64,000 bases of DNA from Escherichia coli. GTDB taxonomy: Bacteria; Pseudomonadota; Gammaproteobacteria; Enterobacterales; Enterobacteriaceae. Where the stretch lies: the NCBI RefSeq assembly GCF_024700885.2, contig NZ_CP117016.1; one strand, given 5' to 3'. The notes below the pieces were generated by a model. The model saw only the letters and a program-made list of their open reading frames with translations. It was not told the origin of the DNA and did no database searches. The position numbers and the translations under genes were made by a program. Of this stretch, positions 20,270-30,067 are shown one piece after another (within the stretch, counting starts at the first letter, position 1; each line of letters opens with the position of its first letter).

Positions 20270-21514
20270 ATGACACAGGCAAACCTGAGCGAAACCCTGT
20301 TCAAACCCCGCTTTAAACATCCTGAAACCTCGACGCTAGTTCGCCGCTTTAATCACGGCGCACAACCGCCTGTGCAGTCGGCCCTTGATGGTAAAACCAT
20401 CCCTCACTGGTATCGCATGATTAACCGTCTGATGTGGATCTGGCGCGGCATTGACCCACGTGAAATCCTCGACGTCCAGGCACGTATTGTGATGAGCGAT
20501 GCCGAACGTACCGACGATGATTTATACGATACGGTGATTGGCTACCGCGGCGGCAACTGGATTTATGAGTGGGCTACCCAGGCGATGGTGTGGCAACAAA
20601 AAGCCTGTGCGGAAGAAGATCCGCAACTCAGTGGTCGTCACTGGCTGCATGCGGCTACGTTGTACAACATTGCCGCCTATCCTCATCTGAAAGGAGATGA
20701 CCTGGCCGAGCAAGCGCAGGCTTTGTCAAACCGCGCCTATGAAGAGGCCGCCCAGCGTCTGCCGGGCACCATGCGGCAGATGGAGTTTACCGTACCCGGC
20801 GGTGCGCCCATCACCGGCTTTTTGCATATGCCGAAAGGGGATGGCCCGTTCCCGACAGTATTAATGTGTGGTGGTCTGGATGCGATGCAGACGGACTATT
20901 ACAGCCTGTATGAACGTTATTTTGCGCCGCGCGGCATTGCGATGCTGACTATTGATATGCCGTCGGTGGGCTTTTCTTCAAAATGGAAGCTCACCCAGGA
21001 CTCCAGCCTGTTGCATCAGCACGTCTTAAAGGCGCTGCCTAACGTACCGTGGGTAGATCACACTCGCGTCGCGGCCTTTGGTTTCCGTTTCGGCGCTAAC
21101 GTTGCCGTACGTCTGGCATACCTTGAATCGCCGCGTCTGAAAGCGGTTGCCTGTCTTGGTCCGGTAGTTCATACCCTGTTGAGTGATTTTAAGTGCCAGC
21201 AACAGGTGCCGGAAATGTATCTTGACGTTCTGGCGAGTCGTTTGGGGATGCATGATGCTTCCGACGAAGCGTTGCGCGTGGAGCTGAATCGCTATTCATT
21301 AAAAGTGCAAGGATTGCTGGGACGTCGCTGCCCAACGCCAATGTTATCAGGCTACTGGAAGAACGATCCGTTCAGCCCGGAAGAGGACTCACGCTTAATC
21401 ACCTCATCATCTGCTGACGGTAAATTATTAGAGATCCCATTTAACCCAGTGTATCGGAATTTTGACAAAGGTCTTCAGGAAATCACCGACTGGATCGAAA
21501 AACGATTGTGTTAA
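20270..21514 (+). CDS. frsA: fermentation/respiration switch protein (alpha/beta hydrolase esterase)
   Basis: 414 aa; position between gpt and crl; alpha/beta-hydrolase core. Confidence 0.9.
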
Positions 21515-21973
<459 letters not shown>

Positions 21974-22011
21974 GTGAAATGTGCCGGATGCATCACATCC
22001 GGCAATATCCA

Positions 22012-23067
22012 TTAAAACTGATAGGTCATGCCAACCGCGACAATATCATCATTATTGATGTTCAGCTTATTATCGCTATCCAGTTGGTTTATTTTATAAT
22101 CAACAAATGCCGACATATTTTTGTTGAAATAATACGTAGCACCAACATCGATATAATTGACCAGATCTTCATCACCGATGCCTTCAATATCTTTCCCTTT
22201 CGATAAGACATAACCCAGCGACGGACGTAGACCAAAGTCAAACTGGTATTGGGCGACCGCTTCAAAGTTCTGTGTCTTATTGGCAAAGCCGCCAGTTATT
22301 GGCGTCATTTTGCGTGTTTCAGAATAGAAAGTTGCCAGATAAATATTATTGGCATCGTATTTCAGACCTGTTGCCCATGCTTCTGCACGCTTGCCTGTGC
22401 CACGGCTTTGCAGGTTCTGCTCGTTGGTGCGATCAGAGTTGGTATAGGCTCCACTGATGGCGAAATCGCTGCCACCAAAGTCATATGTCAATGACGTGCC
22501 GAAGCCATCGCCGTTTTGCTTTTTAACGTCGCGGTTTTCGTTTTTCCCTTGATATTGCAGGGTTAAGTTCAGACCATCGATAACGCCGAAGAAGTCGGTG
22601 TTCCTATACGTCGCCAGACCGCTGGCACGTTTGGTCATAAAGTTGTCGGTCTGTGCGGAGGAGTCGCCACCAAATTCCGGGAACATATCGGTCCAGGCTT
22701 CCACGTCATACAGCGCGCCCAGGTTACGACCATAATCGAAAGAACCCAAATCTTTATATTTCAACCCGGCAAAAGCGAGACGTGTTTTTTGCTGTGCAGT
22801 ATCACTCTCTGCTTTATTACCGGCAAACTCTGCTTCCCAGCGACCATAACCGGTCAATTGATCGTTAATTTGTGTTTCGCCTTTAAAACCAAAACGGATA
22901 TAACTCTGGTCGCCATCTTTACTGTCATTATCACTCATATAATGCATGGCTTTAACTTTGCCATAGACATCCAGTTTATTACCGTCTTTGTTATATATTT
23001 CTGCGGCCTGTACGGATGCAGATGCCACAATGCCCATCACCACTAATGCCAGAGTGCTCTTTTTCAT
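22012..23067 (-). CDS. phoE: phosphate-starvation outer-membrane porin PhoE
   Basis: ORF 22012..23073; start trimmed to [22 protein letters not shown]-terminal ...VGMTYQF beta-barrel signature. Confidence 0.93.
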   Translation of the reverse strand: MKKSTLALVVMGIVASASVQAAEIYNKDGNKLDVYGKVKAMHYMSDNDSKDGDQSYIRFGFKGETQINDQLTGYGRWEAEFAGNKAESDTAQQKTRLAFAGLKYKDLGSFDYGRNLGALYDVEAWTDMFPEFGGDSSAQTDNFMTKRASGLATYRNTDFFGVIDGLNLTLQYQGKNENRDVKKQNGDGFGTSLTYDFGGSDFAISGAYTNSDRTNEQNLQSRGTGKRAEAWATGLKYDANNIYLATFYSETRKMTPITGGFANKTQNFEAVAQYQFDFGLRPSLGYVLSKGKDIEGIGDEDLVNYIDVGATYYFNKNMSAFVDYKINQLDSDNKLNINNDDIVAVGMTYQF

Positions 23068-23144
23068 TTTCATTCCTGATTTTAATTAACGCGCGAATAT
23101 TCAGCGGGAGAGTCCCGTTGAAAACAGGAAAGTTTTTAACCTGA

Positions 23145-23166
23145 GATTGTTAAAGATATATTACAG
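23145..23166 (-). promoter_or_regulatory. Pho box (PhoB binding site) in the phoE promoter
   Basis: Minus-strand reading CTGTAATATATCTTTAACAATC matches the tandem 7-bp CTGTAAT/CTTTAAC-type PhoB repeats about 80-100 bp upstream of phoE. Confidence 0.6.
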
Positions 23167-23354
23167 ATTAATAATATTCTTAAAATGTGGTAATTTATTA
23201 AATCTGTAATAAAAGCGTAAACAACTGCCGCTACGCTTGCTGATCCCGCGCAACAAAACGCCATGCTTTGCTCGCAGATGGTTGGCAACCGACGACAGTC
23301 CTGCTAAAACGTTCGTTTGATATCATTTTTCCTAAAATTGAATGGCAGAGAATC

Positions 23355-24458
23355 ATGAGTGACAGCCAGACGCTGGTGGTAAAACTCGGCACCAGTGTGC
23401 TAACAGGCGGATCGCGCCGTCTGAACCGTGCCCATATCGTTGAACTTGTTCGCCAGTGCGCGCAGTTACATGCCGCCGGGCATCGGATTGTTATTGTGAC
23501 GTCGGGCGCGATCGCCGCCGGACGTGAGCACCTGGGTTACCCGGAACTGCCAGCGACTATCGCCTCGAAACAACTGCTGGCGGCGGTAGGGCAGAGTCGA
23601 CTGATTCAACTGTGGGAACAGCTGTTTTCTATTTATGGCATTCACGTCGGGCAAATGCTGCTGACCCGTGCTGATATGGAAGACCGTGAACGCTTCCTGA
23701 ACGCCCGCGACACCCTGCGTGCGTTGCTCGATAACAATATCGTTCCGGTAATCAATGAGAACGATGCTGTCGCTACTGCAGAGATTAAGGTCGGCGATAA
23801 CGACAATCTTTCTGCGCTGGCGGCGATTCTGGCGGGTGCCGATAAACTGTTGCTGCTGACCGATCAAAAAGGTTTGTATACCGCTGACCCGCGCAGCAAT
23901 CCGCAGGCAGAACTGATTAAAGATGTTTACGGCATTGATGACGCACTGCGCGCGATTGCTGGCGACAGCGTTTCAGGCCTCGGAACTGGCGGCATGAGTA
24001 CCAAATTGCAGGCCGCAGACGTGGCTTGCCGTGCGGGTATCGACACCATTATTGCCGCGGGCAGCAAGCCGGGCGTTATTGGTGATGTGATGGAAGGCAT
24101 TTCCGTCGGTACGCTGTTCCATGCCCAGGCGACTCCGCTTGAAAACCGTAAACGCTGGATTTTCGGTGCACCACCTGCGGGTGAAATCACGGTAGATGAA
24201 GGGGCAACCGCCGCCATTCTTGAACGCGGCAGCTCCCTGTTGCCGAAAGGCATTAAGAGCGTAACTGGCAATTTCTCGCGTGGTGAAGTCATCCGCATTT
24301 GCAACCTCGAAGGTCGCGATATCGCCCACGGCGTCAGTCGTTACAACAGCGATGCATTACGCCGCATTGCCGGACACCACTCGCAAGAAATTGATGCAAT
24401 ACTGGGATATGAATATGGCCCGGTTGCCGTTCACCGTGATGACATGATTACCCGTTAA
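23355..24458 (+). CDS. proB: glutamate 5-kinase
   Basis: ORF 23268..24458; start trimmed to [19 protein letters not shown] (367 aa). Confidence 0.95.
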
Positions 24459-24469
24459 GGAGCAGGCTG

Positions 24470-25723
24470 ATGCTGGAACAAATGGGCATTGCCGCGAAGC
24501 AAGCCTCGTATAAATTAGCGCAACTCTCCAGCCGCGAAAAAAATCGCGTGCTGGAAAAAATCGCCGATGAACTGGAAGCACAGAGCGAAATCATCCTCAA
24601 CGCTAACGCCCAGGATGTTGCTGACGCGCGTGCCAATGGCCTTAGCGAAGCGATGATTGACCGTCTGGCACTGACGCCCGCACGGCTGAAAGGCATTGCC
24701 GATGATGTGCGCCAGGTGTGCAACCTCGCCGATCCGGTGGGGCAGGTAATCGATGGTGGCGTGCTGGACAGTGGCCTGCGTCTGGAGCGCCGTCGCGTGC
24801 CGCTGGGTGTGATTGGCGTGATTTATGAAGCGCGGCCGAACGTGACGGTTGATGTCGCTTCGCTGTGCCTGAAAACCGGTAACGCAGTGATCCTGCGTGG
24901 TGGCAAAGAAACCTGTCGCACTAACGCTGCAACGGTGGCGGTGATTCAGGACGCCCTGAAATCCTGCGATTTACCGGCAGGCGCAGTACAAGCGATTGAT
25001 AATCCTGACCGCGCGCTGGTCAGTGAAATGCTGCGTATGGATAAATACATCGACATGCTGATCCCGCGTGGTGGCGCTGGCCTGCATAAACTGTGCCGCG
25101 AACAGTCGACGATCCCGGTGATCACAGGTGGTATAGGCGTATGCCATATTTATGTTGATGAAAGTGCAGAGATCGCTGAAGCCCTGAAAGTAATCGTCAA
25201 CGCGAAAACCCAGCGTCCGAGCACATGTAATACGGTTGAAACGTTGCTGGTGAATAAAAACATCGCCGATAGCTTCCTGCCTGTGTTAAGCAAACAGATG
25301 GCTGAAAGCGGTGTGACGTTACACGCCGATGCTACCGCACTGACGCAATTGCAGGCAGGTCCCGCGAAGGTGGTTGCTGTTAAAGCTGAAGAGTATGACG
25401 ATGAGTTTCTGTCATTAGATTTGAACGTCAAAATCGTCAGCGATCTTGACGATGCCATCGCCCATATTCGTGAACACGGCACACAACACTCCGATGCGAT
25501 CCTGACCCGCGATATGCGCAACGCCCAGCGTTTTGTTAATGAAGTAGATTCATCCGCTGTTTACGTTAACGCCTCTACGCGTTTTACCGACGGCGGCCAG
25601 TTTGGACTGGGCGCGGAAGTGGCGGTAAGCACACAAAAACTCCACGCGCGTGGCCCAATGGGGCTGGAAGCGCTGACCACTTACAAGTGGATCGGCATTG
25701 GTGATTACACCATTCGTGCGTAA
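24470..25723 (+). CDS. proA: gamma-glutamyl phosphate reductase
   Basis: 417 aa aldehyde dehydrogenase-family protein directly after proB. Confidence 0.95.
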   Translation: MLEQMGIAAKQASYKLAQLSSREKNRVLEKIADELEAQSEIILNANAQDVADARANGLSEAMIDRLALTPARLKGIADDVRQVCNLADPVGQVIDGGVLDSGLRLERRRVPLGVIGVIYEARPNVTVDVASLCLKTGNAVILRGGKETCRTNAATVAVIQDALKSCDLPAGAVQAIDNPDRALVSEMLRMDKYIDMLIPRGGAGLHKLCREQSTIPVITGGIGVCHIYVDESAEIAEALKVIVNAKTQRPSTCNTVETLLVNKNIADSFLPVLSKQMAESGVTLHADATALTQLQAGPAKVVAVKAEEYDDEFLSLDLNVKIVSDLDDAIAHIREHGTQHSDAILTRDMRNAQRFVNEVDSSAVYVNASTRFTDGGQFGLGAEVAVSTQKLHARGPMGLEALTTYKWIGIGDYTIRA

Positions 25724-25837
25724 ATAAAACCGGGTGATGCAAAAGTAGCCATTTGATTCACAAGGCCATTGACGCATCGCCCGGTTAGTTTTAACCTTGT
25801 CCACCGTGATTCACGTTCGTGAACATGTCCTTTCAGG

Positions 25838-25913
25838 GCCGATATAGCTCAGTTGGTAGAGCAGCGCATTCGTAATGCGAAGGTCGTAGGTTCGACTCCT
25901 ATTATCGGCACCA
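25838..25913 (+). tRNA. thrW: tRNA-Thr (anticodon CGU)
   Basis: GCCGATATAGCTCAGTTGGTAGAGCAGCGCATTCGTAATGCGAAGGTCGTAGGTTCGACTCCTATTATCGGCACCA; cloverleaf with CGT anticodon; integration site for the downstream island. Confidence 0.95.
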
Positions 25914-26077
25914 TCACCTAGTTTTCCCAAGTCAACCCACATCAACAAAATCATTTAAAAACATATATATTACGTTGTTTTCATACGTTTGAGGTCAACC
26001 CTTGTCTCTTGAAATCAACACGCGGTTGGGGGCACAATCAGGGGCATGTTCTGTTCGGTCTAGGAAATGTGCCCCCA

Positions 26078-27268
26078 ATGATGCTGAATGCCCGCAAGGT
26101 TGAAGCTGCGAAAGGAAAAGAGAAGAGCTACAAGCTGTTTGATGGAGGTGGCCTATATCTTCAGGTCGAACCTAATGGCTCGCGTTACTGGCGTATGAAA
26201 TACCGTTTTGCTGGTAAAGAGAAACGATTGTCCTTTGGTGTTTATCCAACAGTCACACTTGCTGATGCCAGACAAAAACGAGAAGACGCGAAGAAACTAC
26301 TCGCAGCAGGTGAAGATCCCGGCGAAGTCAAAAAAGCCAAAAAGCAGGCTTTAAATGCAGCGATTGAGACACTTAACCCATTCAGAGAAGTGGCGTTAGA
26401 GTGGCACAAAATGAAATCACCCAAATGGTCTGAGGGCTATGCTTCCGACATCATTGAGGCATTCGAGAAAGACATTTTCCCGCATATTGGGCACAGACCT
26501 ATAGCTGATATTCAGCCCCTTGAACTGCTTGAAGTTCTGAGATTGATAGAAGCTCGAGGCGCTATGGAGAAAGCGAAGAAAGTCCGTCAGCGATGCGGTG
26601 AAGTTTTTCGCTATGCCATCGTAACGGGTAGGGCAATCTACAATCCGGCACCGGATCTTGCCAGTGCGATGCAAGGACATGAAGCAGTCCACTATCCATT
26701 CCTCAAAGCCAACGAACTACCGGAGTTCTTTAATGCCCTTAATTCTTATTCAGGAAGTCCAATTGTATTGTTGGGGGCGCATTTACTTATCCTGACAGGT
26801 CTACGAACTGGAGAACTACGAGCAGGTGAGTGGCGAGAGGTGGATTTTGATAATGCGGTGTGGGAGATCCCAAAAGAACGTATGAAAATGCGTAGGAGCC
26901 ATATTGTCCCGTTGTCAAAACAAGCATTATCCCATCTCAAAAGTTTGAAAGAACTAACTGGGAACTACCCGCTGATGTTCCCTGGACGCAACGATCCTAG
27001 CAAATTTATGAGTGAAGCAAGCATTAATCAGGTGTTTAAACGTATTGGATATGCAGGGCGTGTTACGGGGCATGGTTTCAGGCATACGATGAGTACAATC
27101 CTACATGAGAAAGGATTTAACAGCGCTTGGATTGAAACCCAGCTTGCTCATTCGGACAAAAACTCTATTCGTGGAATTTATAACCATGCCCAATATCTCG
27201 AAGGGAGAAGAGAAATGATGCAATGGTATGCTAATTATTTATCTGAGCTAATTGGTACTCATAAATGA
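26078..27268 (+). CDS. P4-type tyrosine integrase (tRNA-targeting)
   Basis: ORF 26009..27268; likely start at MMLNARK; C-terminal catalytic region with HGFRHT and conserved Tyr (RGIYNHAQYLEGRREMMQWY); directly beside thrW. Confidence 0.85.
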   Translation: MMLNARKVEAAKGKEKSYKLFDGGGLYLQVEPNGSRYWRMKYRFAGKEKRLSFGVYPTVTLADARQKREDAKKLLAAGEDPGEVKKAKKQALNAAIETLNPFREVALEWHKMKSPKWSEGYASDIIEAFEKDIFPHIGHRPIADIQPLELLEVLRLIEARGAMEKAKKVRQRCGEVFRYAIVTGRAIYNPAPDLASAMQGHEAVHYPFLKANELPEFFNALNSYSGSPIVLLGAHLLILTGLRTGELRAGEWREVDFDNAVWEIPKERMKMRRSHIVPLSKQALSHLKSLKELTGNYPLMFPGRNDPSKFMSEASINQVFKRIGYAGRVTGHGFRHTMSTILHEKGFNSAWIETQLAHSDKNSIRGIYNHAQYLEGRREMMQWYANYLSELIGTHK

Positions 27269-28089
27269 ATATTTTAAAAATTAATAATACTGATTCTCTG
27301 CTCAGAGATTACTACCAGTTGGATGAAGCTTCAGAAAAAATTGGTTGTAGTGAAAAGGATATACTCTGGTTTGCCAGAGAACGAGATGTAGAGCTATGCA
27401 TGGAATTCCATGATGATGAGTATGATGTTTCATGTGGTTTGAAGATTGATGGTCAAATGGATGAGTTCTTATCTAATCTGAAATATTTACCACGAGATAG
27501 AAATGGCAATATTATGTTGTCAGACTTAAGTTCTATAAGAATCCCTGATGAAGATAATTTAATTGATAAAAATGGTTTTATTCGATGTTTCATATCCGGT
27601 TTATGGGCTGTTGATTATGAATATAAAGATCTGTTAGTTAAGCATGAGGGGCAACCGGATTCCTGGCCTATTCATTTTCTACTGGCGGGTACGCCTAATA
27701 TAAATTGTAAGGTAATTCTTTATGTAAATTATGATGAAAAAGAAAATTATTATCTTTTTGAGGTTTTGTGGATTACAAAGGTACAGATTCAAAAATTCAT
27801 TGATATAGTCTTATGCGAACAAAAGCGGATAAAAAACGCCAATAAATATAAATCACAATCTGAGGCGCAAAAACAAAAACATGCTGTTCCTCGAGCTGAA
27901 ATACTCATGGCTATTATTTCGCTCTATCATCGTGATATGAGGCTAAGAAGAGAGAGTCCAGCAGCGATAGCTGATTATCTTTTTCAACATGCCAGTGAGT
28001 TCTGGCCTAAGACCGGAGAACCGCCTTTGAGCTATGATACTGTTGTTAGTTTGCTACGTAGTTGCATGAAAAACACTAAGTTTAACTAA
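27265..28089 (+). CDS. hypothetical protein (AT-rich island cargo, translationally coupled to integrase)
   Basis: 274-aa ORF whose ATG overlaps the integrase stop (ATGA); strongly AT-rich compared with flanking DNA; no recognisable motif. Confidence 0.55.
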   Translation: MNILKINNTDSLLRDYYQLDEASEKIGCSEKDILWFARERDVELCMEFHDDEYDVSCGLKIDGQMDEFLSNLKYLPRDRNGNIMLSDLSSIRIPDEDNLIDKNGFIRCFISGLWAVDYEYKDLLVKHEGQPDSWPIHFLLAGTPNINCKVILYVNYDEKENYYLFEVLWITKVQIQKFIDIVLCEQKRIKNANKYKSQSEAQKQKHAVPRAEILMAIISLYHRDMRLRRESPAAIADYLFQHASEFWPKTGEPPLSYDTVVSLLRSCMKNTKFN

Positions 28090-28214
28090 ATATTAACAAT
28101 TATTGTGGCTAATGATTTTGGATTTTTTTCATTAGTCACATTTTTCTCATTTATAACCTATGTTTTAATTTTCCGTGTTGAAGCCAATAGACTTAGATAA
28201 ACGGAGAATGATGA

Positions 28215-28421
28215 ATGTTATCTAAACATGATAATACTACTTTGCAACGACCTTCAATGGATTCTCTGATCGATATGAAGTTTATTACTTCCGATTGTTT
28301 ATTAAGTGATAAATGGATTTATCGATTGATTTCTCTGAATCGCTTTCCAAAACCTATAAAAATAGGTCGGATGTCACGATGGCGCGCTGCTGATTATTAT
28401 AAGTGGCGAGATGGGTTTTAA
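28215..28421 (+). CDS. alpA: AlpA/Vis-family phage transcriptional regulator (excisionase-like)
   Basis: 68 aa with the AlpA-like core ...RLISLNRFPKPIKIGRMSRWRAADYYKWRD. Confidence 0.7.
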   Translation: MLSKHDNTTLQRPSMDSLIDMKFITSDCLLSDKWIYRLISLNRFPKPIKIGRMSRWRAADYYKWRDGF

Positions 28422-28537
28422 GAAAACTCAGGTCAACATTTTGAGGGAATGAGAAATAAGGCAAGAGCAATTAATAAAGGGAATAGATTATCACCTACTC
28501 CCTAAGCCTTAATTGATAGTTAGTAATATTTAACTGA

Positions 28538-28711
28538 TTAGCCTTTAGGGTCAATCCCGCGTGATTGGAGTTCTTTGCGTAAAATTCTTTTAATCCAAGT
28601 TGCCAACGCGCTATCTCCATCTTTGCGCATTTCGTTTTCGAGTTGCAACCTAAAATCGTCGGTAAGACGCATTTGGAATGGTGGAGAACGTTTCTCTTGT
28701 GGTGTTGACAT
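28538..28711 (-). CDS. small Arc/MetJ-type (ribbon-helix-helix) DNA-binding protein, putative island repressor
   Basis: 57-aa minus-strand ORF (MSTPQEKRSPPFQMRLTDDFRLQLENEMRKDGDSALATWIKRILRKELQSRGIDPKG); below the ORF-track size cut-off; start codon overlaps the operator region. Confidence 0.45.
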   Translation of the reverse strand: MSTPQEKRSPPFQMRLTDDFRLQLENEMRKDGDSALATWIKRILRKELQSRGIDPKG

Positions 28712-28751
28712 GGTAATTACCCTAGAATATGATGACTACATGGTAATTACC
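28705..28751 (+). promoter_or_regulatory. sigma-70-like promoter (TTGACA-17-TATGAT) with two copies of the palindromic operator GGTAATTACC
   Basis: TTGACA at 28705-28710, 17-bp spacer, TATGAT at 28728-28733; catGGTAATTACC occurs at 28709-28721 and 28739-28751, 30 bp apart. Confidence 0.45.
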
Positions 28752-28842
28752 ATTGTAAGTATAGTTCGCTTGTAAAAGCAATGCCCGATTGTGCGGGAAC
28801 ACAAATCGGGCATTTAACCAACCGTTATAAGAGGTAACGAAG

Positions 28843-29019
28843 ATGGCTAAACAGAAGTGTACTTGGTTATTTGCGGCGATCAACCGCAGTCAACGCAATG
28901 CCCGTCCTGTGATGTTAAGGATCACCGCAGATAACGAGCGGTCAGCGCGGCGCAGACTTGCCCCGGACTATGTACTGAGCTTTGCCGGGCGCATTCCCTG
29001 CGGAGGTGAACATGCGTAA
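28843..29019 (+). CDS. small hypothetical protein (58 aa), first ORF of the rightward early transcript
   Basis: ATG with GAGG 8 nt upstream; MAKQKCTWLFAAINRSQRNARPVMLRITADNERSARRRLAPDYVLSFAGRIPCGGEHA; not in the ORF track (<60 aa). Confidence 0.3.
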   Translation: MAKQKCTWLFAAINRSQRNARPVMLRITADNERSARRRLAPDYVLSFAGRIPCGGEHA

Positions 29020-29371
29020 TTATCCGCACCCCGGCGAACGCTGGCAGCATGAACGTGGCTGGACGGTCACGATTATCCGATTAATAGAAGCATCGCCCTC
29101 TGTGGCACTGGTTAATCCTGAATTCAGCTGTGAAGTGCTGATACGTCATGACAGCGACAACCAGCTTTCTTCCTGCCCTCTGGCATGGTTTGAACAGCGG
29201 TATACGCGCCTGTTTGATGTACCGCTCTTTAAGCCTGCACCAGCTCCTGCAGGCGGTAGTGGTTCCGGCCCGCTGACACTGCATCCGTCTGTGCTATTTA
29301 TCCGCTGGCGGGAGCGTAGCATATGGCGTTCTGCTGAGCCTGACGACGGTCACTATTCAAAGTTTCTCTGA
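29012..29371 (+). CDS. hypothetical protein (island early region)
   Basis: ORF 28982..29371; ATG at 29012 with GGAGG 8 nt upstream; 119 aa, no recognisable motif. Confidence 0.4.
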   Translation: MRNYPHPGERWQHERGWTVTIIRLIEASPSVALVNPEFSCEVLIRHDSDNQLSSCPLAWFEQRYTRLFDVPLFKPAPAPAGGSGSGPLTLHPSVLFIRWRERSIWRSAEPDDGHYSKFL

Positions 29372-29402
29372 CAAAATACCGCTGAAAACGGAGTAATCCA
29401 CG

Positions 29403-29687
29403 ATGAATATTTCAAACGGGCACAACGGTGCTCAGGGCCACACTTTGCCTGAAAAACACAATACCGGTGCTTTTGCCTATGGGTTGTCAGAGGACAGTTT
29501 CGGAAAGCTGACCCGCGCAAGAAATGCCTGCGACATGCTCCAGCTTCTCTTTTCTGAATACCCGTCTCAGGCCGGAGCACTGGACGCTGGCTGTGCGCAT
29601 GGTGTCGCCGCGCTGATGGAGTACCTGCTGGCAGATTTGACGGATATTGCACACAGCTGCGCACTGATTGAAGGAGGTGCCAGATGA
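29403..29687 (+). CDS. hypothetical protein (island early region)
   Basis: 94-aa ORF, 4-nt overlap with the next ORF (operon-like). Confidence 0.4.
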   Translation: MNISNGHNGAQGHTLPEKHNTGAFAYGLSEDSFGKLTRARNACDMLQLLFSEYPSQAGALDAGCAHGVAALMEYLLADLTDIAHSCALIEGGAR

Positions 29688-30067
29688 ACCAGCCGCAGGT
29701 TTCCATTTTCCCGGCAGAAATGACCACCGCGCTTTACCGGCGGGCTATTGCTTCAGCATGGCGGCAGAAAATGCTGAACGAAACTGGCAGTGATCAGTAT
29801 GGTCCGCACAGCCTGACGGTGGAGCGTATTGAAATGGCCATTGCGCTGCATATCGAGTGCGTACTGATTAACGAGTACGGCGAAGTGCAGGGCGCCGCTG
29901 CCGCGCTGGCACTGCTGACTGACATGCTGGAGCCGTCACTGCTGACCGCGCCGCCGGTACTGACCGCGCGCGGCTGTGAAGTGATGGCGGAGATGTACCG
30001 CACGCTTCCGGCGGCCTTTGATGACTTCTGCAGTACCGGTGTGACGTTGTATGAGGGGGAAGTATGA
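29684..30067 (+). CDS. hypothetical protein (island early region, precedes primase)
   Basis: 127-aa ORF, 4-nt overlaps with both neighbours. Confidence 0.4.
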   Translation: MNQPQVSIFPAEMTTALYRRAIASAWRQKMLNETGSDQYGPHSLTVERIEMAIALHIECVLINEYGEVQGAAAALALLTDMLEPSLLTAPPVLTARGCEVMAEMYRTLPAAFDDFCSTGVTLYEGEV

